NCBI RefSeq assembly: GCF_963921235.1 | Contig: NC_086108.1 | Span: 116,810,001-116,874,000 of the forward strand | DNA length: 64,000 bases | Source of the DNA: Mobula hypostoma | Taxonomy: Eukaryota | Reading direction: 5' to 3' | Shown here: in pieces, positions 1-58,500 of the stretch | Position numbering within the stretch: position 1 is the stretch's first letter | Layout of the letters: each line of letters opens with the position of its first letter | Notes under the pieces: generated by a model | Told to the model about the DNA's origin: nothing | Seen by the model: the letters and a program-made list of their open reading frames with translations, nothing else | Database searches by the model: none | Program-made: the position numbers and the translations under genes

Positions 1-1331
1 GTGCACAAGATTGAGCTTTAGTGTGCACAAGAATAAGTTTGAGAGAGTGTGAGTGTGAATTTGTGTGCGCGAGTTTGAGTTTAAGAGTGCACGAGGTTGA
101 GTTTGTGTACACGAGATTGAGTTTAAGAGTGCACGAGGTTGAGTTTGATCATGACGAGTTTGAGTTAGTGCATAAGATTGAGTTTCACCGTGTGCGAGAT
201 TGAGTTTGAGTTTCAGTGAGCACAAGATTGAGTTTGTGTTTACAGGAGATTGAGTTTGATTGCGATGAGTTTGAGTTAGAGAGTGCATGAAATTAAATTT
301 CAGCGTGTGTGAGTTTGAGTTTTAGTGTGTGTGAGATTGTCTGAAAGTGCGTGAGCGAGTTTGAGTCTGAGAGTGTGCGAGTTTGAGTGTGCACAAGATT
401 CAGCTTGAATGTGCGCGAGATTAAATTTGAGACTGTGAGTTTGAGCTTGAGAGTGTGTGAGTTTGAGTTTGAGTGTGCGTGAATTTGAGTGTGCACAAAA
501 CTGAGTTTGTGTACATAAGAATGCACGGGGTTGAGTTGGAGTTAGAGAGTGCATAAGATTGAGATTCACTGTGTGCGAGATTGAGTTTGAAAGAGCGCAA
601 GTTTGAGTTGGAGTGTGCGCGTGTTTGAGTTTGATTATACACGAGATTGCATTTGAGTGTGTGCTAGTTTGAATTTGACAGTGCATGTGATTGAGTTTGA
701 GTGTGCATAAATTTGAGTTTCAGTGTGCATGAGATTGAGTTTGATCATGATGAATTTGAGATTGAGTGTGCGCGAGTTTGAGTTTGAGTGTACATGAAAT
801 TGAGTTTGATTGTGATGAGTTTGAGTTTGAGTATGCACGAGTTTGAGTGCGTGATAATGAGGTTAACATGATGAATTTGTGTCCAACAGTGCACGAGTTT
901 CAGTTTGACACGTGTTTGAATTTGATTGTGACAAGATTATGTTTGAAAGTGCATGAGATTGAATTTGAGTGTGTGCGATTTTGAGTTTGAGACTGCACGA
1001 GATGGCATTTGAACATGTACGAGATTGAGTTAGAGTGTCATGAGTTTGAATTTGAGAATGCACGAGTTTGAGTTTGTATGCGATTTTGAGTTTGTGCGCA
1101 AGATTGAGTTTGAGAGTATACGAGATTCAGTTTGCGGGTGAGTGTGCGAGATTGAGTTTGAGTGCCTGAGATTGAGTTTGAGAGTGTGCAAGATTGAGTT
1201 TGAGTGCGCAAGTTTCAATTTGAGAGTGTATGCGAGTGCGCGAGATTGAGTTTGAGAGTATGCTAGTTTGAGTTTGAGTGCAGGAGCTTGTTTGGAGTGT
1301 GCATGGGTTTGACCTTGAGCGTGCACGGGTT

Positions 1332-1520
1332 TCAAAGATTCCGAAAACTTTATTGTCATTCTAACCATACATCAGCTCTGCAGGGCAGAATGGGACAGCG
1401 TTTCTCAGGGGCAGTGCAATCATAACATAACAAATGCAACACTAAATAATAAACATAACAATAAATAGTAAAACACAATGGCCACATATCAGTTAAAATC
1501 AGTTATAAGTGTCCAGTGCA
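1332..1520 (-). mobile_element. Short LINE 3'-end fragment (Rex/Babar- or L2-like) inserted in the satellite
   Basis: Abrupt compositional break; ctttattgtcatt is the reverse complement of an AATAAA-type end seen in other fragments here. Confidence 0.5.
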
Positions 1521-3420
1521 AGTTGAGTTTGATCATGCACAAATTGAGTTTGAGAGTGTGTGAGATTGAGTGTGAGTTTGAGCATGCACAATATTCAATT
1601 TCACCATGACAAAATTGAGTTTGAGTATGCGCAAGATTGAGTTTGAGTGCACGAGATTGAATTTGAGTACACGATTTTGAATTTCAGCATGTGCAAGATT
1701 GAGTATGAGAGTTCGGGAGTTTGGCTTTGAGCATTCGCAAGTTTGTGTTTGATCGTGCGTGAGTTTGAGTGCGCGAGACTGAGTTTGAGCGTGCATGAGA
1801 TTGAGTTGGAGTGTGCGCTAGTTTTTTAATGGTGCCGAGAATCTGTTTGAGCATATGCTAGATTGAGTTTGACAGTGTGTGAGATTGTGTTTGATTGTGC
1901 GGGAGTTTGTGTTTGTTTGTACACGAGATTAAGTTTGAGAGGGCGTGAGTTTGAGTCTGACTGTGCGAGATTAAATTTGAGAGTGCGCGTGATTGAGTTT
2001 CACCATGATGAGATTAAGTTTGAGAGTGCGCAAGTTTAGGTTCGAGCATGTGCGAGTATGAGCTTCAGAGTGTGTGAGTTTGAGCTTGAGTGTGAGCAGA
2101 TTAAGTTTGAGTGTGTGTGAGATTGAGTTTGAACATGTGGGAGATTGTGTTTGAATGCATGAGTTTGTTTGACTGCGTGTAATTGAGTTTGTGTGCAAGT
2201 TTGAGTAGGCACAAGATTGAGTTTGAACATGTGTGAGATTGAGTTAGAGTGTGCGCTAGCTTGAGTTTGAGTGCGTGTGATTGAGTTTGATTGTGCTCAG
2301 GATTGAATATGAGAGTGCATGAGTTTGAGTTTGTGATTGCGTGTGTTTGAGTTTGATTGTGTGCAAGAGTGAGCTTGACAGTGCACGAGTTTGAGTTTGA
2401 ACATGTGCAGGATTGAGTTTGAGTGCATGAGTTTCAGTTTGAATGTGCATGGGTTTGAGCTTGAGAGTGCATGGGTTTCAATTTGAACGTGCACTAATTG
2501 AGTTTGAGAGAGTGCGGGATTGCGTGTGAGTTTGAGCATGTGTGATATTCAACTTCATCGTGATGAAATTGAGTTTGTGCGCAAGATTGAGCTTGAATGT
2601 GCATGACATTGAATTTGAGTGTGCGCGAGATTCAATATGAGAGTGCACGATTTTGAGTTTGAGTGTGCGCTAGTTTTTTAATCGTGTGCAAGATTGAGCT
2701 TGAGCATTTGCTACATTGAGTTTGAGAGTATACGAGAATGTGTTTGATCATGCAGGAGATTGAGTGTACGAGATTACATTTGAGTGTGCGCAAGATTGAA
2801 TATGAGATTGCACGAGTTTGAGTTTGATTGTGCATGAGATTGAGTTTGAGAGTATGCGAGTTTGATTTGAGCATGTGCAAGATTGAGTTTGAATGCACCA
2901 GTTACAGTTTGAGTTTGATTATGCACGAAATTGAGCTTCAGAGTGCATGAGTTTGAGTGCACGATTTTCAGTTTGAGCGTTCACGAGATTGAGTTTAAGA
3001 GTGCGCGAGTTTGAGTTTGTGCATGATTGTGCTTGATCATGCGCAAGTTTGAAACTGACTGCGCGAGACTGAGTTTGTGTGTGCGAGATTGAATATGAGA
3101 ATGCATGAGTTTGAGTTTCTGTGTGCGTAGGTGTGAGTTTGATCATATGCAAGACTGAGTTTGAGTGTGCGACTTTCAGATTGAGTGTGCACTGGTTTGA
3201 GCTTGAGAGTGCGTGGGTTTCAGTTTGAGTGTGCGCTAAATTGAGTTTGAGAGTATGTGAGATTGAGTGTGAGTTTGAGCATGCACAAGATTGAGTTAGA
3301 GTGTGCGAGATTGAATATGAGAGTGCACAATTTTGAGTTTGATCTTGTGCAAGATTGAGCTTGACAGCGCACGAGTCTGAGTTTGAGCATGTCCGAGATT
3401 GTTATTGAGTGCTCGAGTTT

Positions 3421-4060
3421 CATAGAAAACCTACAGCACAATACAGGCCCTTCAGCCCACAAAGTTGTGTCAAACATGTCTCTACCTCAGAAAAAACTAG
3501 GCTTACCTATAGCCCTCTATTTTTCTAAGCTCCATGTACCTATCCAAAAGTCTCTTAAAAGACCGTATCGTATCCACCTCCACCACCGTTGCCGGCAGCC
3601 CATTCCACGCACTCACCACTCTCTGTGTAAAAAACTTATCCCTGACATCTCCTTTGTACCTAACTCCAAGCACCTTAAACCTGTGCCCTCTTGTGGCAGC
3701 CATTTCAGCCCTGGGAAAAAGCCTCTGACTATCCACATGACCAATGCCTCTCATCATCTTATACACCTCTCATCCTCCGTTGCTCCAAGGAGAAAAGGCC
3801 AAGTTCACTCAACCTGTTTTCATAGGGCATACTCCCCAATCCAGGCAACATCCTTGTAAATCTCATCTACGCCCTTTCTATGGTTTCCACATCCTTCCTG
3901 TAGTGAGGCGACCAGAACTGAGCACAGTATTCCAAGTGGGGTCTGACCAGGGTCCTATATAGCTGCAACATTACCTTTCGGCTCCTAAATTCAATTCCAC
4001 AATTAGTGAAGGCCAATACACCGTATGCCTTCTTAACCACAGCGTCAACCTGCACAGCTG
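3421..4060 (-). mobile_element. CR1 LINE 3' fragment
   Basis: LYRTLVRPHLEYCAQFWSPHYRKD and FFTQRVVSAWNGLP motifs; ttctatg tail. Confidence 0.9.
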
Positions 4061-5966
4061 CTTTCAGTTTGAAGGTTTGAACTTGAGAGTGCGCGGGTTT
4101 GAGTTTGAGCGTGCACAAATTGCGTTTGAGAGTGTGCGAGATTGAGTGAGTTTGAGTGTGCGCGAGATTCAATTTCATCGTGACAAAATTGCGTTTGAGA
4201 GTGAGCAAGATTGAGCTTGAGTGAGAGCGAGTTTGAGAGAGGGCGAGATTGAGTTTGACAGTGCGCGAGTTTGAGTTTTAGCATGCGCGAGATTGTGTTT
4301 GTGCACGATTTGAGTTGAGTGTGTGTAGAATTGAATATGAGAGTGTGTGAATTTGAGTTTGATCATGTACAAGATTGAGCTTGAGAGAGCACAAGTTTGA
4401 GCGGTGCGAGATTGTGCTTGAGTGTTCGAGTTTCAGTTTGTGTGTGTATGAGATTGAGTTTGAGCATGTGCGAGACTGAGTTTGTGCATGTGTAAAATTG
4501 ATCGTGTGCGACTTTAATTTTGAGTGAGCGAGATTGAGCTTGAGTGTGCCCAAGATTGAATATGATAGTGCACGAGTTTGAGTTTGTGCACGAGTGAGCT
4601 TGAGAATGCACGAGTTTCAGTTTGAGTGTGTGTGAGATTGAGTTTGAGTGTGCGAGTTTGTTTGAGTCTGCACAGGTTTGAGCTTGAGAGTGCAATGGTT
4701 TGAGTTTGAGTGTGTACAAGACAGAGTGTGAGATTGAGTTCGAGTGTGAGCAAGTTTGAGTTCCAGCGTGTGTGAGATTGGTTCATCGTGATAAAATTGA
4801 GTTTGAGTGTGCGTGAGATCAAGTTTGAGTGTGCACGAGATTGGGTTTGAGAGTGCAAGAGATTGAGTTTGAGTTTGAAATTGTGTAGGATTAAGTTTGA
4901 GTGCACAATTTTGAGTCTGAGCGTTCCTAAAATAGTGTTTGATCATGCGTGAGTTTGAGTTTGAGTGCATGAGATTGAGTTTGATTGTGCACAGGAGTGA
5001 GTTTGGGATATGGCAAGTTTGATTTGAGCGTGTGCGAGATTGAGTTTGAGTACACGTGTTTCAGTTTGAGTGTGCACAAGATTGAGTTTGAGAGTACAAG
5101 TTTCAGTTCGAGTGTTCATGAGTTTGAGTGTGCATGAGATTGAGTTTGAGCACCTGTGAGTTTGGGTGTACGCGAGATTGAATATGAGAGTGCACAAGTT
5201 CAAGTTTCAGTGTGCATGAGTTTGAGTTTGATTGTGAGCAAGAGCGAGCTTGAGGGTATATGAGATTGAGTTTGAGTGCATGAGTTTCAGTTTGAGTGTG
5301 CACAAGATTGAGTTTGGAAGGGTGCAGGGTTGAGTTTGAGTGTGCAAAAGATTGAGTTTCATCATGATGAGATTGAGTTTGTGTGTGTGCCAGACTGGGT
5401 TTGAGAGTGCAGGAGTTTGAATTTGATTGTGCACGAGTTAGATCTTGAGCGTGCACAACAGTGAGCTTGAGATATCGTGAGTTTAAGTTTCAGCGTGTGC
5501 GAGATTGAGTTTGAGTGCACAGGTTTGAGCCTGAGAGTGCATGGGTTTCAGTTAGAGCGTGCACAAGATTGAGTTTGAGAGTGTGTGAGATTGAGTTTCA
5601 ATGTGAGTGAGTTTGAGTGTGCACAATAGTGAGTTTCAGAGTGTGCGAGATTGAGATTAAGCGTGTGTGGGAATGCGTTTGAGAGTGCATGAGTTTGAGA
5701 GTACACGAGTTTGAATATAAGTGTGTATGAGATTGAGTTGGAGAGTATGAGTCCTAGTGTGCGAATTTGAGTTGGAGAGTGTAGGAGTTTCAGTTTGAAA
5801 GTTGTGAGTACATGTTTGAGTGGGTGCTGTATGCCTACAAAATGAGCGTGTTTTTGGACAGGGTAAAATGATGGTTTCGTTTTTGTCGTGTACAACTCCA
5901 TGAGAGAGCCTCTACATCTGTCTGTGTGTGTATGTGTTTGTATGAGCATCTGTATCTGGGCATTGA

Positions 5967-5969
<3 letters not shown>

Positions 5970-6004
<35 letters not shown>
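5970..6004. repeat. (TG)n microsatellite
   Basis: Perfect TG run. Confidence 0.95.
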
Positions 6005-6008
<4 letters not shown>

Positions 6009-6079
6009 TGTGCAGGGGGGTCTGGACAGTTACCGTCAGAGCTGTTTAAAATACAGACAATCCCACAGAGAGAGCTCAC

Positions 6080-50759
<44,680 letters not shown>

Positions 50760-51074
50760 CTGAAGGAAACAGAAGGAAGAGATGAAGGTGAGGAATGCCA
50801 GTGTGGACAATCGGATGTTTCCGTTTCTGCGAAAAGGCCTGTCCTGGGATGCTGTATAAATAGATAGAAACCTCAATGATCCCAAAGGAAATTACAAGTG
50901 CACAGAAATACAAATATTAGAAAACAGGGAAGAAAATAAATAAAAAATAAGTGACCTCAATCTAACAGGAGGGGTCATCACTTCCCTGCTTATAGGTTGA
51001 CTCACTATACAGCCTAATAGCTGAGGGTAAGAAAGGCCTCATATAGCAGCCTTTGGAGCAGCACAGTTGTCTTA

Positions 51075-53357
51075 GTCAACAGCAGGGGGAAGGGAACCAG
51101 GATGACAGAGCTGAGGAAGAGCCAGCAGGTCTACAAGTAGATGATGGGTGTAACATGAATGTAAGAAGGGCAAGCCAATGATTGGGTACAAATGCAAACA
51201 GAGCAAAGAGTTAAATTGTACCACAGAGGCAAAATTCAAAAGGGTAATGCAGGACTGCAGGACTCTATTTAAATGCACATTGCATTCGGAATAAAGTGGA
51301 CGAACTTATGGCATAATTAGAGATTCGTTGGTGTGACGTTGTGGGCATCACTACATCAAGGCTGAAAGAAGACCATAGTTGGGAGCTTAAGATCAAAGGA
51401 CATACTTTGTATCAAAAAGGCAGGCAGGAAAGTATAGGTGGTGGTGTGGCAGAAATGAGTGGGATGTTGGATGATTGGGAAGCTTTTAAAATCTAACAAA
51501 AGGCAACTAAAAAAACTATAAGAAAGGAAAAAATGAGATATGGGGGCCAACTAGCCAATACTATAAAGCAGGATACCAAAAGTTTTTTCAGTTACATAAA
51601 GAGTAAAAGGGAGGTGAGAGTTGATATTGGACCACTGGAAAATGATGCTGGTTAGGTAGTAATAGGGGACAAAGAAATGGCAGATGAACTTAATGAATAC
51701 TTTGTATCTGTCATCACTGTGGAAGACATCAGCAGTGTGCCAGAGGTCTATGAGTATCAGGGAGCAGGAGTGAGTGCCATTGCTATGACAAAGGAAAAAG
51801 TGTTAGGGCAACTCAGGGCTCCTAAGATGGATAAGTCACCTGGACCAGATGGACTACTTCCCAGAGTCCTGAAAGAGGTTGCTGAAGAGATAATGGATGC
51901 ATTGGTCATGGTCTTTCATGAATCACTTGATTTTGGCATGGTCTAAGAGAACTGCAAATTGCAAATATCACTCCACTCTTTAAGAAGGGAGAAAGGCAAA
52001 AGAACAGAAATTATAGGCCAGTTAGCCTAACCTCAGTGGATGGGAAAATATTAGAGTCTATTATTAAGGATGAAGTTTTGGGGTACATGGAGACTAATAA
52101 TAAAGTAAGTCAAAGTATCAAGGGAAATCCTGCCTGACAAATCTGTTAGAGTTCTTCATGGAAGTAACAAGCAGGGTGGATAAAGGAGAGGCAGTGGATG
52201 TCGTTTACTTGGATTTTCAGAAGGCACTTGATAAGGTGCCACACATGAGGCTGCTTAACAAGATAAAACCCTATGGCATTACAGGAAAGATACTGGCATG
52301 GATAATGAATGGCTGACAGGCGAAAGGCAGTGAATGGGAACAAAAGGGACCTTTTCTGGTTGGCTGGTGACTAATGGTGTTCCTCAGATGTCAGTATTGG
52401 CACCGCTACTTTTCACATTTTTTGTCAATGATTTAGAAAATGAAATTAATAGCTTTGTGGCAAAGTTTGCAGATGATACTAAGATAGGTGGAGGAGTAGG
52501 AAGTGCTAAGGAAGCAATGTGACAGACAAATTGGAAGAATGGGCAAAAAAAAGTAGCAGATGGAATATACTGTTGGGAAATGTATGATAATACGTTTTGG
52601 TAAAAGGAACAATAGTATGGACTATTATCTAAATGGGGAGAAGGTTCAAGCATCAGAGGTGTAGAGGGACTTAGGCGTCCTCGTGCAAGACTCCCAGAAG
52701 GTTAATTCACAGTTTGAGTCTGTGGTAAAGAAGTCAAATGCAATGTTGGCATTTATTTCAAGGAGAATAGAATATAAAAACAAGGAGATAATGCTGAGGC
52801 TTTATAAGACACTAGTCAGGCCACTTGGAGTATTGTCAAAGTTTTTGGGCCCTATATCTGAGAAAGGATGTGTTGTCATTGGAGAGACCAGAGGATGTTC
52901 ACAAGGATGATTCTGGGAACAAACGCGTTAACATATGAGGAGCATCTGGCAGCTTTGGTCCTATACTCACTGGAATTTAGAAGAATGCATGAGGATCTCA
53001 TTGAAACCTACCGAATGTTGAAATGACTAGATAGGGTGGGTGTGGAGAGGATATTTCCCATTGTGGGGGTATCCAGAACTAGAGGGCACAGCCTCAAAAT
53101 TGAGGGGCACTTTTTAGAACAGAAGTAAGGAGGATTCTCTTTAGTCAGAGGGTAGTGAATCTGTGGAATGCTCTGCTACTGACTGCAGCAGATGCCAAGT
53201 CTGTACGTACTTTTAAGGCGGAAATTGATCATTTCCTGTTCGGTCAGGGCATCAAAGGATATGGCGAGTATGGGGTTGAGTGGGATCCAGGATCAGCCAT
53301 GATGGAATCGCGGAGCTGACTCAATAGGCTGAATGGCCTAATTCTGCTCCTATGTCT
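51075..53357 (+). mobile_element. Decayed CR1 with internal deletion
   Basis: ORFs 51677, 52334 (KFADDTK), 52683; CR1 3' tail. Confidence 0.88.
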
Positions 53358-53359
53358 TC

Positions 53360-53800
53360 ATTTATTACTAAAAATGCTTCTCTGTTCAGCCAGGATGGTA
53401 TGCAGAGGGTGAGAAACATTGTCCAGAAATGCCAGGATTTTCAGTAGTGTCTTTTGTTTTACCAGAGCCTCTAGTGTGTCCAGTTTGACTCCTATAACAG
53501 AACCAGCCTTTCCAATCAGTTTATTGAGCCTGCTGGCAGCATCTGTGTTGATGCCCTTGCCCCAGCACACCGCAGCACAGAAGACTGTACTGACGACAAC
53601 AGACAGGTAGAACATGTGAAGTTGAGTCCTGCGTACTCCAAAGGACCTCAGTCTCCTCAGGAAGTAGAGGCAACTCTGCCCATCTTGTACACAGCTTCTG
53701 TGTTGGGCTCTATTCAAGTCTGTTCTCCAGGTGCACCCCCAGGTACTTGTAGGTCCTCACCACAACCATGTCTTCGCCATCAGTAGTAACAGGGAGCAAT
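53360..53800 (-). mobile_element. Rex/Babar-like LINE fragment
   Basis: GQSCLYFLRRLRSFGV..LHMFY..VCWG motif (ORF 53358..53717). Confidence 0.8.
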
Positions 53801-54990
53801 AACCAGCACACCAATCGTGAGTTGGAGAGCTACAAGAGAGGAGATGGTGCCCAGGTCCGGGAGCGAAGTTTAAAAGGAGATAGCTTCGCGGGAACTCGGC
53901 TATAACCAGTGCACCAATCGTGAGTTGGAGAGCAGGGAAGGTTCATCAGCTATAAAAGGGAGACACTGCCTAGCGGAGCAGTCATCGACAGAGTGGTCTG
54001 AGGCAGAATGTAAAGGCTTTGGTGAAGTAAGTGGGTAAGTGGACTCTTTTCTTATCCCTTGCATTTTTTCCCGAAGGAATAGAGAGCATGTCCGTAGGGT
54101 TATTACTTTGCTCTGGGTATCAGATGTGGGAATCCTGGGAATCTTCCTGTCTCCCAGATGGCCACAGCTGCGCCAGGTGTACCAAGATGCAGTTCCTGAG
54201 AGACCGTGTTAGAGATCTGGATCCGCGGCTCGATGACCTACAGCTTATTAGGAAAAGTGAGCAGGAGATAGATAGGAGCTACAAGGAGTTAGTCACCTCG
54301 AGGCAGCAGGAGTTAGATAAGTGGGTGACTGGCAGGGAAGGGAAGGCAAGAGCTCAGATAGTAGAGAGCACCCCTGTGGCCATCCCCCTCAGTAATCGTT
54401 ATCTCGTTTTGGATGCTGTTGAGGGGGGGTGACCTGACAGAGGATGACCACGGTGATCGGGTCTCTAGCACTGAGCCTGGTTTCATGGTGCAGAAGGAAG
54501 AGAAGAGAAATGCTGTAGTCATGGGGGATTCCATAGTGAGGGGAACAAACAGGAGGTCCTATCAGCCTGATACAGATACCCACATGGTGTGTTGCCTCCC
54601 AGGTGGCAGCATATGGATATCTCAGATTGGGTGCAGAGTATTCTGAAGGGAGAGGGTGAACAGCCAGAAGTCTTGGTACAAGTTGGTACCAATGACATAG
54701 GTGGAAAAAGGGAGGAGGTCCTAAAGAGGGAATTCAGGGAGTTGGGTAGGAAGCTGAAAAGCAAGACCTCCAGGGTAGTAATCTCAGGATTGCTGCCTGT
54801 GCCACCTGCTAACGAGTGCAAGAATAGCATGGTATGACATCTTAATGTGTGGCTGAGAGACTGGTGTAGAGGGCAGGGCTTCAGGTTCCTGGATCATTGG
54901 AGCCTCTTCTGGGAGAGGTACGACCTGTACAAAAAAGACGTGTTACTCTTGAAACCCAAAGGGGTCCAATATCCTAGCAGGCAGGTTTAA
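53800..54990 (+). mobile_element. CR1 5' end with decayed ORF1 (Cys motif plus SGNH esterase domain)
   Basis: CSGYQMWE...CARC, VVMGDSIVRG, VCCLPG, VQVGTNDIG, VVISGLLP. Confidence 0.85.
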
Positions 54991-55550
54991 TGGAATTTTA
55001 AATTGAATTGAGTTGACTTTATTTCTTACATCCTTCACATACATGAGGAGTAAAAATCTTCACGTTACTTCTCCATCTAAATGTGCAATGTGCAATCATA
55101 GTAATTTATAATAATTTACAATAAATAGAACAGTCAATGTATGAATAGAGTACACAAAAGTCAGCATGAGTTCATCAGTCTGATAGCCTCGTGGAAGAAG
55201 CTGTTCCAGAGCCTGCTGGTCCTGGTTTTTATGCTGCGGTACCATTTCCCAGATGGTAGCAGCTGGAATAGATTGTGGTTGGGATGGTTCCCAGGTGATC
55301 CTACGGGCCCATTTTACGCATCTGTCCTTGTAAGTGTCCTGGATCATGGGAAGTTCACAACTACAGATGTGCTGGGCTGTCCACACCACTCTCTGCACTG
55401 TCTCAACCCCAGATCCATTGATGTGAATAGGGGTTAGCCTGTCTCCATTCCTCCTGTCATTCACAACCAGCTCCTTTGTTTTTGCAACATTGAGGGAGAG
55501 GCTGTTTTCTTGACATCACTGTGTCAGAGAGATGACTTCTTCCCTGTAGG
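54990..55550 (-). mobile_element. Rex/Babar-like LINE fragment
   Basis: LTPIHINGSGVE, QRVVWTAQHI motifs. Confidence 0.75.
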
Positions 55551-58500
55551 TTTAAGCTAATTTGGCAGGGGGATGGGAACTGGAGTGATAGGGCTGAGGA
55601 AGGAGAAAACAGAAATAAATCAGAGATAGCATGCAACAGAGATGATAGAAAGGACAGGCAGGAGATGAGTCATAATCATAGCCAGTGGGATGAGTTACAG
55701 GGCAGTAGAGGTGTGGTGCAGTTAAAACAGAAAGCAACAAATACTGGACTGAAGGTGTTATATTTAAATGCACACAGCATGAGAAATAAAATGGACGATC
55801 TTGAAATTCAGCTGCAGATTGGCAAGTATGACGTAGTGGCCATCTCTGAAACTTGGCTAAAGGATGACTGACATTGGGAGCTGAACGTTCAAGGATGCAC
55901 GGTGTATTGGAAAGATAGGTTAGTAGGCAGAGGGAGTGGTGTGGCTCTGTGTATAAGAAATAATATTAAATCATGAGAAAGAGATGACATAGGATTGGAA
56001 GGTGTAGAGTCTCTATGGGTTGAGTTAAGAAATGGCAAGGGTAAAAGGACCATAATGGCAGTTGTATACAGGCCTCCAAACGGCAGCTGGGATGTGGATT
56101 ACAAATTACAGCAGGAGATAGAAAAGTGTGTCAGAAGGGCAATGTCATGATAATCGTTGGTGATTTTAACATGAAAGTGGATTGGGAAAACCAGGCCAGT
56201 ACTGGACCTCAAGAGAGAGAATTTATAGTATGTCTGAATGATGGCTTTTCAGAACAGCTCGTTGCTGAGCCCACAAGGGGATCGGCTGTGCTGGATTGGG
56301 TGTTGTGCAATGATCCGAAGGTGATAACAGAGCTAAAGGTTAAGGAACCCTAAGGGAACATAGGAACACTATCTTATCTGACCTGCAGAGAAATTTACAG
56401 TGGGAGGGGAACAATCCAGTTGTTGTGGTCCGTGTCGGTACTAATGATATAGGTAGAATGAGGAATGAGTTTCTGCTAGGGAATATGAGCAGCTAGGGAC
56501 TTACAATGGCATGAGAGGGGAAATGGCCAAAGTTGACTGGAAAGAGACACTAGCAGGAAAGGCAACAAAGCAGGAATGGCTGGAGTTTCTGCAAAAAATG
56601 AGGGAAGTGCAAGACAGATATATTCCAAATAAGAAGAAATTTTTAAATGGAAGAAGGACACTACGGTGGCTGACAAGCGAAGCCAGAACCAAAGGTTCCA
56701 CACGGTAGGCTTATTCAGAAAGTGAGAAAGCATGGGATCCAGGGAAGTTTGGCCAGGTGGATTCAGAATTGGCTTGCCTGCAGAAGGCAGAGGGTCGTGG
56801 TGGAGGGAGTACATTCAGATTGGAGGGTGGTGTCCCACAAGGTTTGGTTCTGGGACCTCTACTTTTCGTGATTTTTATTACGACCTGGATGTGGGGGTAG
56901 AAGGGTGAGTTGGCAAGTTTGCAGACGACACAAAGGTTGGTGGTGTTGTAGATAGTGTAGAGGATTGTCAAAGATTGCAGAGAGACATCGATAGGATGCA
57001 GAAGTGGGCTGAGAAGTGGCAGATAGAGTTCAACCCGGAAAAGTGTGAGGTGGTACACATTGGAAGGACAAACTCCAAGGCAGAGTACAAAGTAAATGGC
57101 AGGATACTTGGTAGTGTGGAGGAGCAGAGGGATCTCGGGGTACATGTCCACAGATCCCTGAAAGTTGCCTCACAGGTGGATAGGGTAGTTAAGAAAGCTT
57201 ATGGGGTGTTAGCTTTCATAAGTCGAGGGATAGAGTTTAAGAGTCGCAACGTAATGATGCAGCTCTATAAAACTCTGGTTAGACCACACTTGGAGTACTG
57301 TGTCCAGTTCTGGTCACCTCACTATAGGAAGGATGTGGAAGCATTGGAAAGGGTACAGAGGAGATTTACCACGATGCTGCCTGGTTTAGAAAGTCTACAT
57401 TATGATCAGAGATTAAGGGAGCTAGGGCTTTACTCTTTGGAGAGAAGGAGGATGAGAGGAGACATGATAGAGGTGTACAAGATAATAAGAGGAATAGATA
57501 GAGTGGATAGCCAGCACCTCTTCCCCAGGGCACCACTGCTCAATACAAGAGGACATGACTTTAAGGTAAGGGGTGGGAAGTTCAAGGGGGATATTAGAGG
57601 AAGGTTTTTTACTCAGAGAGTGGTTGGTGCGTGGAATACACTGCCTGAGTCAGTGGTGGAGGCAGATACACTAGTGAAGTTTAAGAGACTACTAGACAGG
57701 TATATGGAGGAATTTAATGTGGGGGCTTATATGGGAGGCAGGGTTTGAGGGTCGGCACAACATTGTGGGACGAAGGGCCTGTACTGTGCTGTACTGTTCT
57801 ATGTTCTATGTTACAGCAAAAAAGAGGCATACAATGAAGCCAAAACTAGTGGCAAGATAGAGGATTGGGAAGCTTTTAAAAACTTGCAGAAGGAAACTAA
57901 GAAGGTCATTGGGAAGGAAAAGATGGATTATGAAAAGAAGCTGGCGACTAATATCAAAGAAGATACGGAGAGGTTTTTTAAGTATATAAAGGGTAAAGAG
58001 AATTGAGGGTAGATATAGGACATAAGAACATAAGAAATAGGACCAGGAGTTGGCCATCCGGCCCATCGAGCCTGCCCCGCCATTCAATAAGATCATGGCT
58101 GATCTGTCCGTAAACTCAGCTCCATCTACCTGCCTTTTCCCCATAACCCTTAATTCCCTTGCTATGTAAAAACCTATCTAACTGTTTCTTAAATATATTT
58201 AGTGAAAGAGCCTCAACTGCTTCCCTGGGCAGAGAATTCCACAGATTCACCACTCTCTGGGAAAAACAGTTTCTCCTCATCTTTGTCCTAAATCTTCTCC
58301 CCTGAATCTTGAGACAATATCCCCTAGTTCTAGTCTCACCTACCAATGGAAACAACTTTCCTACTATCTTATCTATCCCTTTCAAAATTTTGTATGTTTC
58401 TATACAATAGACAATGACACTGGAGATATTGTAATGAGAGATGTAGAGTTGACGGAGGAACTGAATGTGTATTTTGCATCAGTCTTCACAGTGGGAGACA

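Larger units (their letters stand above)
1..5820. repeat. Degenerate hexamer-based satellite (GAGTTT/GAGATT/GTGTGC/GTGCAC words)
   Basis: Continuous G+T-rich reiteration; interrupted at about 1332-1520 and 3421-4060. Confidence 0.9.

Noticed and set aside
1..5949. Many HTQTQ/LKLNL-rich ORFs
   Set aside because: Translations of the stop-poor satellite strand; no domain or splice support.
56975..57748. 257-aa ORF as a gene or active LINE
   Set aside because: CR1 ORF2 C-terminus only; the upstream RT is frameshifted and 5'-truncated.
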